Source: an uncultured Aliarcobacter sp.
GTDB lineage: Bacteria > Campylobacterota > Campylobacteria > Campylobacterales > Arcobacteraceae
Assembly: GCA_963664305.2 (NCBI GenBank)
Contig: CAXXLV010000002.1
Coordinates: forward strand, 1,120,001 to 1,184,000
DNA length: 64,000 nt
Direction: 5' to 3'
Positions within the stretch are counted from its first letter, which is position 1. The number at the start of each line of letters is the position of its first letter. A program made the position numbers and the translations under genes. The notes under the pieces are model-generated. The model had not been told where the DNA came from, did no database searches, and saw nothing but the letters and a program-made list of their open reading frames with translations. This document shows, piece after piece, positions 50,694-61,851 of the stretch.

Positions 50694-51906
50694 CTTTTAT
50701 ATTTGAACCACAATTAGAACAATAATCCAAGTTTTTTATAGTATTTTTATGGCAACTTTTACATTCAATTTTTAGTTGATTTTGGCAACATGGACAATAA
50801 TTCATAATAGTAAAATCTACTCTATTCCCACATTTTATACAAATATTTTTATTATAAGCATCTATTATTGATATATTGTTATTTTTTAATTTTTCATTAT
50901 CTTCTTTAAATCTTTTTTGAATTTTGATTATTATAAAAATAAATATTAAAATAGCAATTACAATAGTTAAATAATAAACTATAAAAGGTATTTCTAAACT
51001 GTAAAAAAACATCAATACTTTTTCAATAAATATCTTTGGAATAAAAATATTTATTAAACTAAGAAAAGAGATTACTGTAGGGATTAATGTTACTACCAAT
51101 ATATTTTTAAAAATAATATATAAAATATATCTATCTTTTTGTAAATAATTTCTCATCAAATAAAAAAATACAACTACTAATGGAACTAAAAACAATAAAA
51201 TTACTAATTCATATTTTATAGAATAAAACTTCTCACTTTTTTTAATATCTTCAAGTATTATCTCTTTATTTGTGTCTAAATAAGAAAGTAAATCTTTTAC
51301 AAAATTTGATTCTTTAAATATATTCTCTAAATCAATTTTTTGTCTATTTATTTCTTCTAACTCTTTTTTAAATGTTTCATATTTTTCTTTTACATTTTCA
51401 GCTGTTAGTTCACCTTTTACGATAGACTTACTATTATTTTGGTTACTCATTTTTTCAAATAAAATTGTATTGTAGTTTTCTTCTAAATATGTTATTTGGC
51501 TATTTATTTCATATGATTTATTGTTTAATTCTTCATTTTGTTGTTTTAAACTTTTTATATCAATATTATTTTTTATTATTTCAATTTTTTCTGTAATTAG
51601 ATTACATCTTTCATCTACTTCTAAATCTTTTATATTTTGGTATTTTGTATTGTAGTTATAGTTATTATATAAATAGCTGTTAAAATCATCTATACTTGAA
51701 GTGTAATTTAATACATCTCTACAATCATAAGGAAACTTTGTATTTGGATTATTTAAAACTCTTGTTTGAAAATCTATTCCTTGATAAAGAGTTGAAAGAA
51801 TAAAAATATTTAAAATTATAAGTGCGAAAATTGTTAATTTTGATAGTTTTTCTTTGCCTTTATATACAAAATTATTTGAGTAAAATTTTTTAATAAAATT
51901 TTTCAA
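50689..51906 (-). CDS. Membrane protein with periplasmic coiled coil and C-terminal double zinc ribbon
   Basis: 1+3 TMs; CIKC...CPCC...CKSC...CSNC at the C-terminus. Confidence 0.75.
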   Translation of the reverse strand: MKNFIKKFYSNNFVYKGKEKLSKLTIFALIILNIFILSTLYQGIDFQTRVLNNPNTKFPYDCRDVLNYTSSIDDFNSYLYNNYNYNTKYQNIKDLEVDERCNLITEKIEIIKNNIDIKSLKQQNEELNNKSYEINSQITYLEENYNTILFEKMSNQNNSKSIVKGELTAENVKEKYETFKKELEEINRQKIDLENIFKESNFVKDLLSYLDTNKEIILEDIKKSEKFYSIKYELVILLFLVPLVVVFFYLMRNYLQKDRYILYIIFKNILVVTLIPTVISFLSLINIFIPKIFIEKVLMFFYSLEIPFIVYYLTIVIAILIFIFIIIKIQKRFKEDNEKLKNNNISIIDAYNKNICIKCGNRVDFTIMNYCPCCQNQLKIECKSCHKNTIKNLDYCSNCGSNIKE

Positions 51907-51995
51907 GAGTTCTCCTAAATTATTTTAGGGTATTTTACTCTTTTATTATAAAAATTTTTGTTATTTTATTAGATTGTAGCTTTTTTATTTAGATT

Positions 51996-52484
51996 TTATA
52001 TAAAGTATTTAGGAGCATTCAATTTTAATTTATTAAAAATATTTTCAAAGTTTGCTGGGTAAACTCTTGTTCCACCAATAGAACTTATAAAGTTTGTATC
52101 TCCAAGCCATCTTGGTAACATATGATAATGAACATGTTGTTCAATTCCAGCACCAGCTGCTTTACCTAAATTCATTCCAATATTTACACCCTCACATGGC
52201 ATAATATCTTTTAGAAGTTTAACACCTTGTCTAACTCGTTTACTCATTTGAGTCCAAACAACCTCTTCTAAATCTTCTATATTTGAAGTATGAAAATATG
52301 GAACAACCATCATATGACCTGGACTATATGGAAATTTATTCATAACTACATAACAATATTCATCTTTGAATAAAACTTGTAGTTTGTCATTTTCAATATT
52401 GTTTGTTATGTGACAAAAAACGCAACCTTCAATTTTTTCTTCACTAACATAATCATATCGCCAAGGTGCATATAAATGTTCCAT
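51996..52484 (-). CDS. HIT family hydrolase (Ap4A/FHIT-like)
   Basis: LYAPWR, CVFC, NKFPYSPGH, HVHYH. Confidence 0.93.
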   Translation of the reverse strand: MEHLYAPWRYDYVSEEKIEGCVFCHITNNIENDKLQVLFKDEYCYVVMNKFPYSPGHMMVVPYFHTSNIEDLEEVVWTQMSKRVRQGVKLLKDIMPCEGVNIGMNLGKAAGAGIEQHVHYHMLPRWLGDTNFISSIGGTRVYPANFENIFNKLKLNAPKYFI

Positions 52485-52502
52485 CTTATTTCCTATTTTC
52501 TC

Positions 52503-53939
52503 TTATATAAAGTTTGGAGCATCATTAGCAAATAAAATCAAATCACCTACTCTAGTTGTTTTTGCTAAAGTTACTTCCATCTCAGATTTATCTTTTAAAA
52601 TCAATACTTTTTCTTTATTTATATTTGCTACAAATAAATGAGTATTTAAACTTCCTGTTAAAATTACAAAATCAAAATTTTCATTTATTGTTTTTGCTAA
52701 AAGTATATTTGCTTCATCTGTTGATTCAACAAGTCCCGGAGTGATAATAACTTTTCTTCCTTTATGGTTTGAACAAATATTTATAGCTTCTAACATTCCT
52801 TCTAAATTTCCATTAAAAGAGTCATCAATTATAACTTTTCCATTTGCTTCTATTTTTTGAAGTCTATGTTCTACTTGAGGTAAACTCATTAGCGAAACTT
52901 TAATTTCAGGAATAGTCATACCCAAATAATGTGCCACTAAAATAACAGCTGTTAGATTAATAGCATTAAAACTTCCTAAAATTGGAGCGTAAAAGTTTTC
53001 TATTTTTCCTGCAACTTCAACATCAAACCAAATACCATCTAAATTACTTTTTGTAATTTTCAAATTATTTGGAAATTTTGTAATAGTTGGATAGTCTTTA
53101 ATAGGAACACTTTCATGTACAAATCCCATTTTCATTTTTGGTGATTTTAAAAGTTCCATTTTTGTATGAATGATATTGTCTAAAGTTTTAAAATACTCAA
53201 TATGTTGTTCTCCAACACTTCCTATAACACAAATTTGAGGCTCAAGAAACATTGCAATTTCTTCAATATCCCCTTTTACTCTAGCACCAGCTTCTGCTAT
53301 ATATATTTGTGTATCAAGAGGAATATCTCTATTTACATCTAGAACAATTCCTGCTATTGTATTTACACTTCTTGGTGTTTTATATACTTTATATTTGTTT
53401 TTTAAAACATGATAAAGATAGTTTTTGATTGATGTTTTTCCAAATGATGCTGTAATTGCAATTGTTCTAAGACCAGCTATACTTTGAACTCTTTGTTTTC
53501 CTTTGTGTTTAAAAGAGATAAAAAAGATTTTTTCTAAAACTGTTGAAATTGCATATGCTAAAAGTAATGGAACAAAAATAAATGTATTTGTACACTCTGG
53601 ATTTGATAAACAAAGAGCTGTAGTAGCAAATGTTGTAAATAATAAAATTGCTAAAAATCTCTTAACCCGTGCAGTTAAAACTAAAGGTTTATCAAGTTTT
53701 TTATTCCATAATACAAAACTTGTCATATAAACTATAAAAAAGTAAATTGCAAAATAAGGTTCAGGAATGATATAAAATAAAACTATAGGAGAAAGAAAAT
53801 ATGTAATATGCCATTGCCATTTATGATGTTTTAAAACAACTCTTTCTAACTTGTAGTTATACCATTGTAGATTAGTAATTAGATACCAACCTAAAGCCAT
53901 AATCAATATTATATGTGTAATTATATTAATATATTCCAT
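52503..53939 (-). CDS. murF: Mur ligase, MurF (with N-terminal membrane domain)
   Basis: ITASFGKTS, EAGA, HRL, IIDDSFNGN; located in the ddl operon. Confidence 0.88.
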   Translation of the reverse strand: MEYINIITHIILIMALGWYLITNLQWYNYKLERVVLKHHKWQWHITYFLSPIVLFYIIPEPYFAIYFFIVYMTSFVLWNKKLDKPLVLTARVKRFLAILLFTTFATTALCLSNPECTNTFIFVPLLLAYAISTVLEKIFFISFKHKGKQRVQSIAGLRTIAITASFGKTSIKNYLYHVLKNKYKVYKTPRSVNTIAGIVLDVNRDIPLDTQIYIAEAGARVKGDIEEIAMFLEPQICVIGSVGEQHIEYFKTLDNIIHTKMELLKSPKMKMGFVHESVPIKDYPTITKFPNNLKITKSNLDGIWFDVEVAGKIENFYAPILGSFNAINLTAVILVAHYLGMTIPEIKVSLMSLPQVEHRLQKIEANGKVIIDDSFNGNLEGMLEAINICSNHKGRKVIITPGLVESTDEANILLAKTINENFDFVILTGSLNTHLFVANINKEKVLILKDKSEMEVTLAKTTRVGDLILFANDAPNFI

Positions 53940-54645
53940 TTTCTATTCTCTCAGAAATATCTTTTGCATTTTTAGCAAAGAAGTAATGGTCGCCATCATA
54001 AGATATAAATGTTGATTTTTTTATTAAATTTGCAATTTTTTTACCTGATTCTAAAGATGTAGCACTATCTTTTTCTCCCCAAAATATTAATGCATTATTT
54101 TGAAAGTTTGAAAAATTTACTGAAAAATCTTCATTTACAACATTTTTAAATGTTGCATACATATTTTCACTCATTGTATCTACATCTTTACTTCTAAATC
54201 TTTTAGTAATATTTCTTAATCCTAAAAAATTAAAAATTTTTGCAAAAAGAATTTTTATTTTAACATCTAAAGGTTTTTCTTCTAAAATTCCTGCACTACT
54301 TAAAAGTACAAGATTTTTTGGATTAAGTAAAGTTGCAACTTTACCTCCATAAGAGTGTCCAACTATAATATCTTTTGAAGAATTCAAAAGCTTTAATAAC
54401 TCTTCTGTAATTTTTACATAATCATTTGTAGTTAAAACATACTCATTTTTACTTTTACCAAATCCTGGTAAATCAATATAAATATGTCTAAAATCTTTTA
54501 AATATGATGAAAATACATTTTTCATTATATCTTTATTTGATCCCCAACCATGCAAAAAAATGATATCTTTTGTAGAAGTTGGATTTACAATTTCATATGA
54601 AATTTCAAAAAACTTATTATTTATAGTTAAACTTTTTGTTGCCAA
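53926..54645 (-). CDS. Alpha/beta hydrolase
   Basis: FLHGWG, DLPGFG, GHSYGG, WGEKD, GDH. Confidence 0.92.
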   Translation of the reverse strand: MATKSLTINNKFFEISYEIVNPTSTKDIIFLHGWGSNKDIMKNVFSSYLKDFRHIYIDLPGFGKSKNEYVLTTNDYVKITEELLKLLNSSKDIIVGHSYGGKVATLLNPKNLVLLSSAGILEEKPLDVKIKILFAKIFNFLGLRNITKRFRSKDVDTMSENMYATFKNVVNEDFSVNFSNFQNNALIFWGEKDSATSLESGKKIANLIKKSTFISYDGDHYFFAKNAKDISERIENGIY

Positions 54646-54648
54646 AGT

Positions 54649-55689
54649 TTATTTTCCCTTGCTTGCATGAATTTTATTTACATATTCATAAGTAATAGGA
54701 ATATGTTTTTTTCTTGGTAAATTATTTGCAACTTGAGAAAATAATGTTGAAAAATCTTCAAATAAATAATTTGCCATTGATCCTGGAATTGAATTTATTT
54801 CATTTAAATAAACTGTATCATTTACAACGAAGAAATCACATCTAATGATTGAACCTTCAAATAAATTGTTATAAAGTCTTCTAAATGATTCTTTTATCTC
54901 TTCGTTTAGTTTTTCACCTAAATCAACCTCTTTTGCTTTTGAAGTTCTTGAAAAATCTAAATATTTTTTATCAAAATCTAAAAATTCTGCTTTTTGTGGT
55001 TCTTCAATAATTGAGAATTTAAACTCTCCATTTACTTTTGTTCCAGCTAAGTTGTACTCTTTAACTCCACTAATAAATGGTTCAATTATAACTGCATTGT
55101 CAAATTCATAAGCAACATCAAGTGCATATTCTAACTCTTCTTGAGATTTAACAATTGAAACACCAATTGAACTTCCAAGTTTTACAGGTTTTAAGATAAC
55201 AGGAAAACTTTCAACTACAACGTCATCACCTTTTGTGTAATATTTGTAATCTAAAGTATTAACTCCAACACTTGAAGCATAACCTTTTGTTAAAAATTTA
55301 TTTGAACTAACTACACAAGCTTCTGTTCTAGGAGCTATAAAAGGAATTGAATAAAAATCTAAAACTGATGATAAAATACCATCTTCACCATCTCCACCGT
55401 GTGAAAGATTTAAAACAACATCAAAATCAATAGTTTTATCTTTAGAAAAAAGTCCACCTTTTTTGTAAAAACCACCCTTTTGGAAATAAACTTTTTCAAA
55501 TTTTTTATAATCACCCGAACTAAATAGTTTTGATTTAATAATATCTGTTGGAATATGATACATATCTCTTGAAGAATCTAAAAATAAATAAACTAATTCA
55601 TCTTTTAAAACATCTTTCATTGCAATTGAACTTACGATTGAAATTTCGTGTTCAAAACTCACACCACCAAAAACTATAGCTACTTTCAT
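54649..55689 (-). CDS. ddl: D-alanine--D-alanine ligase
   Basis: FGGVSFEHEIS, HGGDGEDG, GSSIG, NEINSIPG. Confidence 0.96.
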   Translation of the reverse strand: MKVAIVFGGVSFEHEISIVSSIAMKDVLKDELVYLFLDSSRDMYHIPTDIIKSKLFSSGDYKKFEKVYFQKGGFYKKGGLFSKDKTIDFDVVLNLSHGGDGEDGILSSVLDFYSIPFIAPRTEACVVSSNKFLTKGYASSVGVNTLDYKYYTKGDDVVVESFPVILKPVKLGSSIGVSIVKSQEELEYALDVAYEFDNAVIIEPFISGVKEYNLAGTKVNGEFKFSIIEEPQKAEFLDFDKKYLDFSRTSKAKEVDLGEKLNEEIKESFRRLYNNLFEGSIIRCDFFVVNDTVYLNEINSIPGSMANYLFEDFSTLFSQVANNLPRKKHIPITYEYVNKIHASKGK

Positions 55690-55710
55690 CAAATTCCTTT
55701 TAATAAATTA

Positions 55711-56274
55711 TTATTTTTGTAATTTTTTTAATGCTTCTTTTACTAAATCACTTGTATTTCCACTTACACAAGTTTTTAAAACTTTTGAAATAACATCTTT
55801 TTTAAATCCTAATGATTCTAAAGCAAGAGCTGCTTCAAAAGATGAAGATAGAGACGAATCATCATTTGCTTCATGATTATCAACAATAAATCCAGATAAC
55901 TCAACTAAAATTCTACTTGCACCTTTAGGTCCAATTCCAGGAACTCTTTTTAACATTGAAACATCATTTTCATTTACAATTTGAGCAAACGAAGTTGGTG
56001 TAAAAGTAGAACAAATTGCAAGGGCAACTTTAGGACCAACTCCATTTATTTTAATCACTGTATCAAAAAGTTTTTTTTCATTTGAATCTAAAAAACCATA
56101 TAATGATTGAGAATCTTCTCTAATAATATGCGTTATTTCTAACTTAACATCATCAGAAATAATTTTTGAACTACAATTAACTGAAACGAAAACTTCATAA
56201 ATAATTCCATTTACATTTACATTTAATAACGTCGGTTCTTTCTTTATTATTTTTCCTATAAGCCCTACAATCAT
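55711..56274 (-). CDS. ruvA: Holliday junction branch migration protein RuvA
   Basis: IRED...[26 protein letters not shown]. Confidence 0.97.
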   Translation of the reverse strand: MIVGLIGKIIKKEPTLLNVNVNGIIYEVFVSVNCSSKIISDDVKLEITHIIREDSQSLYGFLDSNEKKLFDTVIKINGVGPKVALAICSTFTPTSFAQIVNENDVSMLKRVPGIGPKGASRILVELSGFIVDNHEANDDSSLSSSFEAALALESLGFKKDVISKVLKTCVSGNTSDLVKEALKKLQK

Positions 56275-56370
56275 TATCTTACTCTTTGTCTAAATAAAAT
56301 TTTAATATTTAATATTTAATAAATAAACTTCATTATATAATAATTACACTTAAACAAAAAGGCAGGTATA

Positions 56371-58557
56371 ATGTTTGAAATAATAACTAGAAAGATAAGC
56401 AATAAGATTATCGTAGCATTATTTATATTGATGTCTTTAAGTAGTTTGACAGTTATATTTGTTACTACAAATAGAGTAACAGAAGATTCAATAGCTAAAA
56501 CTAAAGAAAACTTAGAGATGTTAAATGCAGCAATGTTCCAAAGCTTAAGAAATGCAATGAATACTGGAGACCCTGTTCAAATTGCAAAAGCTGAAGAAGA
56601 TGCAAGACAGATAAATGGTGTTAAAAATTTGACTGTTGCTAAAGGAAAATCTTTGATGGAATTATATCCATCTAACGAAACATATACAACAGATGAAAAG
56701 ATACTTAGTACCTTTGAATCTAAACAGCCTTTAATTCTACAAAATGAAGATAAAGATGGTCATAGCTTAAGAATGGTAAAACCGATGATTGCCACTCAAG
56801 AGTGTTTAATGTGTCACGCAAACCAAAGTGAAGGTGATGTAATTGGAGTTATGGACTTAACTTTCTCATTAGATGAATCTGATAAAAAAATAAAAAGTTT
56901 AGTTAGTGGAATTGCATTTGTATCAATTTTCTTAGCAATCTTAACAATTGGTTTAATTTTCTTTATTGTAAAAAGAGCAACAAGTCCAATTAACCAATTA
57001 AAAGATGGTTTTGAAAATCTTTTACATTCAAATGATACAAATATAACTTTAAATGTCAACTCAAAAGATGAAATCGGTGAAGTTGCTAATTTATTCAATG
57101 CTTATATGGATAAAGTAAGAGCCGGTTTAAAACAAGATGAAAAAGTAATCGAAGAAGCAAGTGATGTTTTAGAAAAAACAGCAAATGGTTTCTTTGTTTA
57201 TAAAGTAAATGGAACTGCATCTAATCCTCATGTTGAAGATTTAAAAAATAAATTAAATTCTATGATTTTAAAAACAAATGAAACTGTTGGAAAAATCAAT
57301 GAAGCATTAAGATATTATTCTGAATCAAAATATGATTTTGTAATAAATGATGATGGTATTTATGGAAATTTAGGTTCATTAACTTCTGGAATTAAACTTG
57401 TTGGAAATAATACATCTGAAATTCTTGCAATGGTTATGAATACAGGAAATTCTTTAAATGAAAGTACGAAAACTCTTTCTGGTGCATCAAATAATTTATC
57501 AACATCTTCAAATCAACAAGCAGCTTCATTAGAAGAAACAGCTGCTGCATTAGAAGAGATAACTGCAACAATTCAAGCTAACACTCAAGCAACAGTTGAA
57601 ATGGCTCAATTAGCACAAAATGTTACAACATCTGCTCAAAATGGTCAAGTTCTTGCTAATCAAACAGCGAATTCAATGGATGAAATAAATAAAGAAGTAA
57701 GTTCAATTAATGAAGCTATTGAAGTTATTGACCAAATTGCATTCCAAACAAATATTTTATCTCTTAATGCTGCTGTTGAAGCTGCAACTGCTGGTGAAGC
57801 TGGAAAAGGATTTGCTGTTGTTGCACAAGAAGTAAGAAACTTAGCAAATAGAAGTGCAGAAGCTGCTAGAGAAATCAAAAATATTGTTGAATTAGCAAGT
57901 AAAAAAGCTAAAGAAGGAAAAGATATCTCTGATAATATGATAAACGGTTATAAAGAGTTAAATGAAAATATTTCAAATACTATTGTAACTATTGATAAAG
58001 TTGCAAATGCCTCAAAAGAACAAGAAAGAGGTATTATTCAAATAAATGATGCAATTAATATGTTAGATCAAGCAACACAAAAAAATGCACAAGTTGCTGA
58101 TCAAATATCAACAATGGCATCAAATATTGCTTCTATGTCAAATTCTTTAGTAACAGCTGCTGCTCGTGCTTCTTTCTTAAAAGATTCATTAGATAAAGTT
58201 TGTGATGTAGATTTAGTTTATGATACAGCTTTATTAAAAGTAGATTTATTAAATACAAAAGATAAAGTTTATGGAAAACTTGGAGATTATAAAGCATTTA
58301 AAATTGAAGAAAACACTACATTAAAACAATGGAGTGAAAAACATGTTAACTCAGGGAAAAAAGTTGATATGACAATTATGAAAAATATTGATGAATTAAA
58401 TATTAAATTCCATCATAATTTACAAGAATTAGTAAATGCAAATTCAAATAAAGAGAGAAATGAAGAACTAAACAAAAAAGCTAAAGAAGTTGAAATGGAT
58501 GCTTTAAGAATCTTTGGAAACTTAAATAACGTAAAAAGAGAAGCTTGTAAGAAATAA
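56371..58557 (+). CDS. Methyl-accepting chemotaxis protein with periplasmic c-type heme sensor and C-terminal extension
   Basis: TM, CLMCH, TM-HAMP (DEIGEV), [17 protein letters not shown], then about 130 extra helical residues. Confidence 0.93.
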   Translation: MFEIITRKISNKIIVALFILMSLSSLTVIFVTTNRVTEDSIAKTKENLEMLNAAMFQSLRNAMNTGDPVQIAKAEEDARQINGVKNLTVAKGKSLMELYPSNETYTTDEKILSTFESKQPLILQNEDKDGHSLRMVKPMIATQECLMCHANQSEGDVIGVMDLTFSLDESDKKIKSLVSGIAFVSIFLAILTIGLIFFIVKRATSPINQLKDGFENLLHSNDTNITLNVNSKDEIGEVANLFNAYMDKVRAGLKQDEKVIEEASDVLEKTANGFFVYKVNGTASNPHVEDLKNKLNSMILKTNETVGKINEALRYYSESKYDFVINDDGIYGNLGSLTSGIKLVGNNTSEILAMVMNTGNSLNESTKTLSGASNNLSTSSNQQAASLEETAAALEEITATIQANTQATVEMAQLAQNVTTSAQNGQVLANQTANSMDEINKEVSSINEAIEVIDQIAFQTNILSLNAAVEAATAGEAGKGFAVVAQEVRNLANRSAEAAREIKNIVELASKKAKEGKDISDNMINGYKELNENISNTIVTIDKVANASKEQERGIIQINDAINMLDQATQKNAQVADQISTMASNIASMSNSLVTAAARASFLKDSLDKVCDVDLVYDTALLKVDLLNTKDKVYGKLGDYKAFKIEENTTLKQWSEKHVNSGKKVDMTIMKNIDELNIKFHHNLQELVNANSNKERNEELNKKAKEVEMDALRIFGNLNNVKREACKK

Positions 58558-58582
58558 AAGAAGAGAAACTCTTCTTTTATTT
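58552..58582. terminator. Bidirectional terminator
   Basis: aaataaaagaagag-aaa-ctcttcttttattt. Confidence 0.75.
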
Positions 58583-58935
58583 TAAGACTGCATTTGTTTT
58601 ATTAATAACTCTAACTCATCCGCGGATAAAGTCTCATCAGAAGAATCTATATTTTTTGCACTTGGAGCTAAATTATATTGACTTTTATCAATGTCATTTT
58701 TTTCACAAACAAAATTAACAACTCTTTCTATTTTTTGTCTATGTAAGTCTTGATTTTGCAATAATCCATAAATATCAGAAACTAGATTTTGGATTTTATT
58801 TTTTTCATGGAAAGGTATTTCTAATCCTTCAATTACATTATCAATAATTTCAGCATTATCATATATCAATTGAGCATTATTTTCTGACTCTTTTATCACT
58901 TCACACAATTGTGCAATTAACTCTTCATATTTCAT
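58582..58935 (-). CDS. Compact CheZ-like CheY-P phosphatase
   Basis: LQNQDLHRQKIERV (DxxxQ) plus amphipathic C-terminal helix LSADELELLIKQM. Confidence 0.72.
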   Translation of the reverse strand: MKYEELIAQLCEVIKESENNAQLIYDNAEIIDNVIEGLEIPFHEKNKIQNLVSDIYGLLQNQDLHRQKIERVVNFVCEKNDIDKSQYNLAPSAKNIDSSDETLSADELELLIKQMQS

Positions 58936-59012
58936 CTACTTCCTTTGAGACTGTATTATATATGAAGAGTTTAGCTTATTTTTACTTAATAATTTTTACT
59001 TATTTTAAATTA

Positions 59013-60077
59013 TTAATGAATTATTTCAGCTATTACTTCAGTTGCGTAAGAGCCTTTTGGAAGATAAAATTGTAATTCCATCCAATTTTTTTCTTCTTTA
59101 TAATTACTTCCAATTTCTTCAGGGAAAATCCAAGCAAATCTTCTTGCTCCATCTTCTCCTGTTTTTTCTTCAAACTCTTTTTCTATTTCATAAGCTAAAT
59201 CAACAGAATTTTTAACTCTTTTTCCAGATAATAAACCTGTTGGTACTCTATCTCTTTCATAGAATTTTTCTGATTCAGTTTCTAAATCTTCAATAGTAAA
59301 AATTTTCCCAAAAGGATAATGAGATAATAAGTCACCCGTAATTAATTTAAAAGGATGTTTTTGTTTTTTCATTCTTTTAACTTCTTCAAGAGGAAGATTT
59401 AATTTTTGGTAAATTTCTTTTGGTTCAAAAGCATCAATTAATTTTGAAATTTCAATTCTTTTTGAAAGCCAAGCATTAAATAAATAACTTTGATACGCAT
59501 TGATATACATTTGTTTTAAGTTTCTATTTCTCTCTTTTAACTTTCCATCAATTATATCTTTACCTTTTTTATAATTGTCACCCTCAATTCCAAATCTTTG
59601 AAAACCAAAATAGTTTGGAATACCATAAGTTGCAATTTGTCCTAAAGCTTCTTCAATTTTTCTTTTTTCAACAAGACCAACTCTTTTTAGTCTAATAAAA
59701 AATTTATTACCTTTTAAATGTCCCACTTTTATTTTATTATTGTGATAAGTTGTTTCAAGTATTTTTATATTTTCATGTTGAAAAGCTTTTAATTGCTCTT
59801 CAAATTTTCTATGAACAGAAATAGATTGAATTGTCATCGCATTTTTATCTTTAAGTCCTGCATAACCAAACTCTCTTGGACTGCAACCTAAATAATTTGC
59901 TAAAATTTCTATTGCATCCCAAGTTGCTAAATCTTTTTTTCTAATTTTTAGAACTAAATGCTCACCCTCACCTGAAAATTCATAAAGTGGCATCTCTGTA
60001 ACCACAAAATCATCTTTATTTTGTTTAAATACTACATCTATTTTTGAGTGATTTAAGTATCTTTGTAATTGTTCCAA
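59013..60077 (-). CDS. truD: tRNA pseudouridine(13) synthase TruD
   Basis: DFVVTE, YAGLKD, GHLKGNKF, PNYFGFQRFG, LPKGSYAT; TTG start at 60077 with AAGGA SD. Confidence 0.95.
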   Translation of the reverse strand: MEQLQRYLNHSKIDVVFKQNKDDFVVTEMPLYEFSGEGEHLVLKIRKKDLATWDAIEILANYLGCSPREFGYAGLKDKNAMTIQSISVHRKFEEQLKAFQHENIKILETTYHNNKIKVGHLKGNKFFIRLKRVGLVEKRKIEEALGQIATYGIPNYFGFQRFGIEGDNYKKGKDIIDGKLKERNRNLKQMYINAYQSYLFNAWLSKRIEISKLIDAFEPKEIYQKLNLPLEEVKRMKKQKHPFKLITGDLLSHYPFGKIFTIEDLETESEKFYERDRVPTGLLSGKRVKNSVDLAYEIEKEFEEKTGEDGARRFAWIFPEEIGSNYKEEKNWMELQFYLPKGSYATEVIAEIIH

Positions 60078-60097
60078 TATTTTTCCTTGTTTATATT

Positions 60098-60919
60098 TTA
60101 AAAATGATGATTTTTGCAATCAGTTCTATATTTACCTTTTATAGCTTGTGCAAATATATTCAATTTTATTTTGTGTTTTTTTGCTATTTTTTTTATTTTT
60201 TCTAAATTTTTTTGATTAAATGAAAAAAGAATTTCATACTCTTCACCTGAAGTACCAATATTATTGTCAATTTCATCAAAAAATTCAAATCCAACTTTAC
60301 TTGCCTTTGATAATCTTTCCAATTCAAAAAATAGCCCATCTGATATATCCATTGATGCTGTTATATAAGGAGCTATTTCATAAAAAAATTTTTGATTTAA
60401 AACTGGTTTTATAAATTTTGATTTTTTAGAAATAGTTTCATTCTGAAATAATTTTTCTAAATCTCGTTTTGATGTTCCAAGTATTCCAGTATAACAAAGT
60501 AAATCATCTTTTTTTACACCATTTCTATAAATAGGTTTTAAACTTTTTGAAATAATTGTAACTGAAATATCAAGCTTTTCATTTGAAATAGTATCTCCAC
60601 CAATTATCTCTATTCCAAACTCTCGAGCAGCCTTTTTAAATCCTTTTGATAATTCTTTTAAATCTTCTTCACTATATGATTTTGGAATTGCCACACTTAA
60701 AAGTGCATATAAAGGAATTGCATTCATCACTATTGCATCAGAAATATTTACAATCATTGATTTATAAGCAATTTGTTTTAAACTCATCCACTCTTTTTTG
60801 AAATGTACATTTTCAAAAAATGCATCCATTGAATAAACAAACCCATTGATAAATGCACCATCATCACCAATTACTTTGTTATTTGAAAACTGTTTTATAA
60901 AATACTCTTCTTTATTCAT
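60098..60919 (-). CDS. thiL: Thiamine-monophosphate kinase
   Basis: IGDDGA, VNISD, GGDT, MDISDGL, SGEEYE. Confidence 0.95.
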   Translation of the reverse strand: MNKEEYFIKQFSNNKVIGDDGAFINGFVYSMDAFFENVHFKKEWMSLKQIAYKSMIVNISDAIVMNAIPLYALLSVAIPKSYSEEDLKELSKGFKKAAREFGIEIIGGDTISNEKLDISVTIISKSLKPIYRNGVKKDDLLCYTGILGTSKRDLEKLFQNETISKKSKFIKPVLNQKFFYEIAPYITASMDISDGLFFELERLSKASKVGFEFFDEIDNNIGTSGEEYEILFSFNQKNLEKIKKIAKKHKIKLNIFAQAIKGKYRTDCKNHHF

Positions 60920-61063
60920 TCTTTATTATATCAAAGATGAGCATATATAGTAGTTAAAACAATTTTTTTTGAAAATTTCAATAAAGAGGATAAAATATAT
61001 CCTATTTATTTTATAAAAAATAGTGTATAATGTTTCACTGAAATTATTTTATTAGGAGATACT

Positions 61064-61450
61064 ATGCCAAAAATTAACAAATATGTTGATATTGATACTG
61101 TTGAAAGAGAAGCAAAAAAAGATTTAATTGATAGACACAGTCCATTTATTCACTGTGCTTCAACTGCAAAAAAAGGTGAGCCATTTGAAGTTACTGTAAA
61201 AATGGGTAACGAATATACTCATCCAGATGATTTTGATCACTACATTGAATCTGTTTCTTTATTTAATGGTGAAACATTATTAGCAAAAGCTACATATGTA
61301 CCAGGAACATTAGGAAATGTAAAAGCACACAATACAACTACATTTACAATCATCCCAACTGGTTCTAAATTAACTTTAGTTGCTCACGGTTACTGTACAA
61401 AACACGGTATCTGGGAAGGTACACCTGTAGAAGTAGCTGTAGCTGAATAA
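61064..61450 (+). CDS. 1Fe superoxide reductase-like (class II SORL / neelaredoxin-like)
   Basis: RHSP, HPDDFDHYI, CTKHGIW. Confidence 0.88.
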   Translation: MPKINKYVDIDTVEREAKKDLIDRHSPFIHCASTAKKGEPFEVTVKMGNEYTHPDDFDHYIESVSLFNGETLLAKATYVPGTLGNVKAHNTTTFTIIPTGSKLTLVAHGYCTKHGIWEGTPVEVAVAE

Positions 61451-61471
61451 GCTATAAGCTCTATTCTATCG

Positions 61472-61506
61472 AAAAGGTAAGAGGTTTTTATCTCTTACCT
61501 TTTTTT
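61472..61506. terminator. Bidirectional rho-independent terminator
   Basis: aaaaggtaagag-gtttttat-ctcttaccttttttt. Confidence 0.85.
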
Positions 61507-61519
61507 ATTCTAATATCCT

Positions 61520-61702
61520 CTATGAGACATTGCCCCCCATAAACATACCAGTAAATATACCACCTATAATCATGTATAATACAAACAAAATAATCATTGC
61601 AGGTATTGAAGCAATAGCCCATTTAATCATAAATATCACCATAGACATAAAAGGCATTTTTATATCAGTTACCACTACTTCTTTTTTTTCATCATTTTCC
61701 AT
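61520..61702 (-). CDS. Small membrane protein
   Basis: AGGGG SD; 'VVVTDIKMPFMSMVIFMIKWAIASIPA' plus a TM helix. Confidence 0.7.
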   Translation of the reverse strand: MENDEKKEVVVTDIKMPFMSMVIFMIKWAIASIPAMIILFVLYMIIGGIFTGMFMGGNVS

Positions 61703-61851
61703 ATTTTCCCCTTTTTATTGATATAAATATATATTAACAAAAGAAAAACTCTTAAATTACTTTTTTTAAGTAATTGTTATATTCTTTTTGTTTAACAAAA
61801 AATTAACTTGAATTTACTATAATCCTCAGATATTAATAATAAGGAAAGTTT

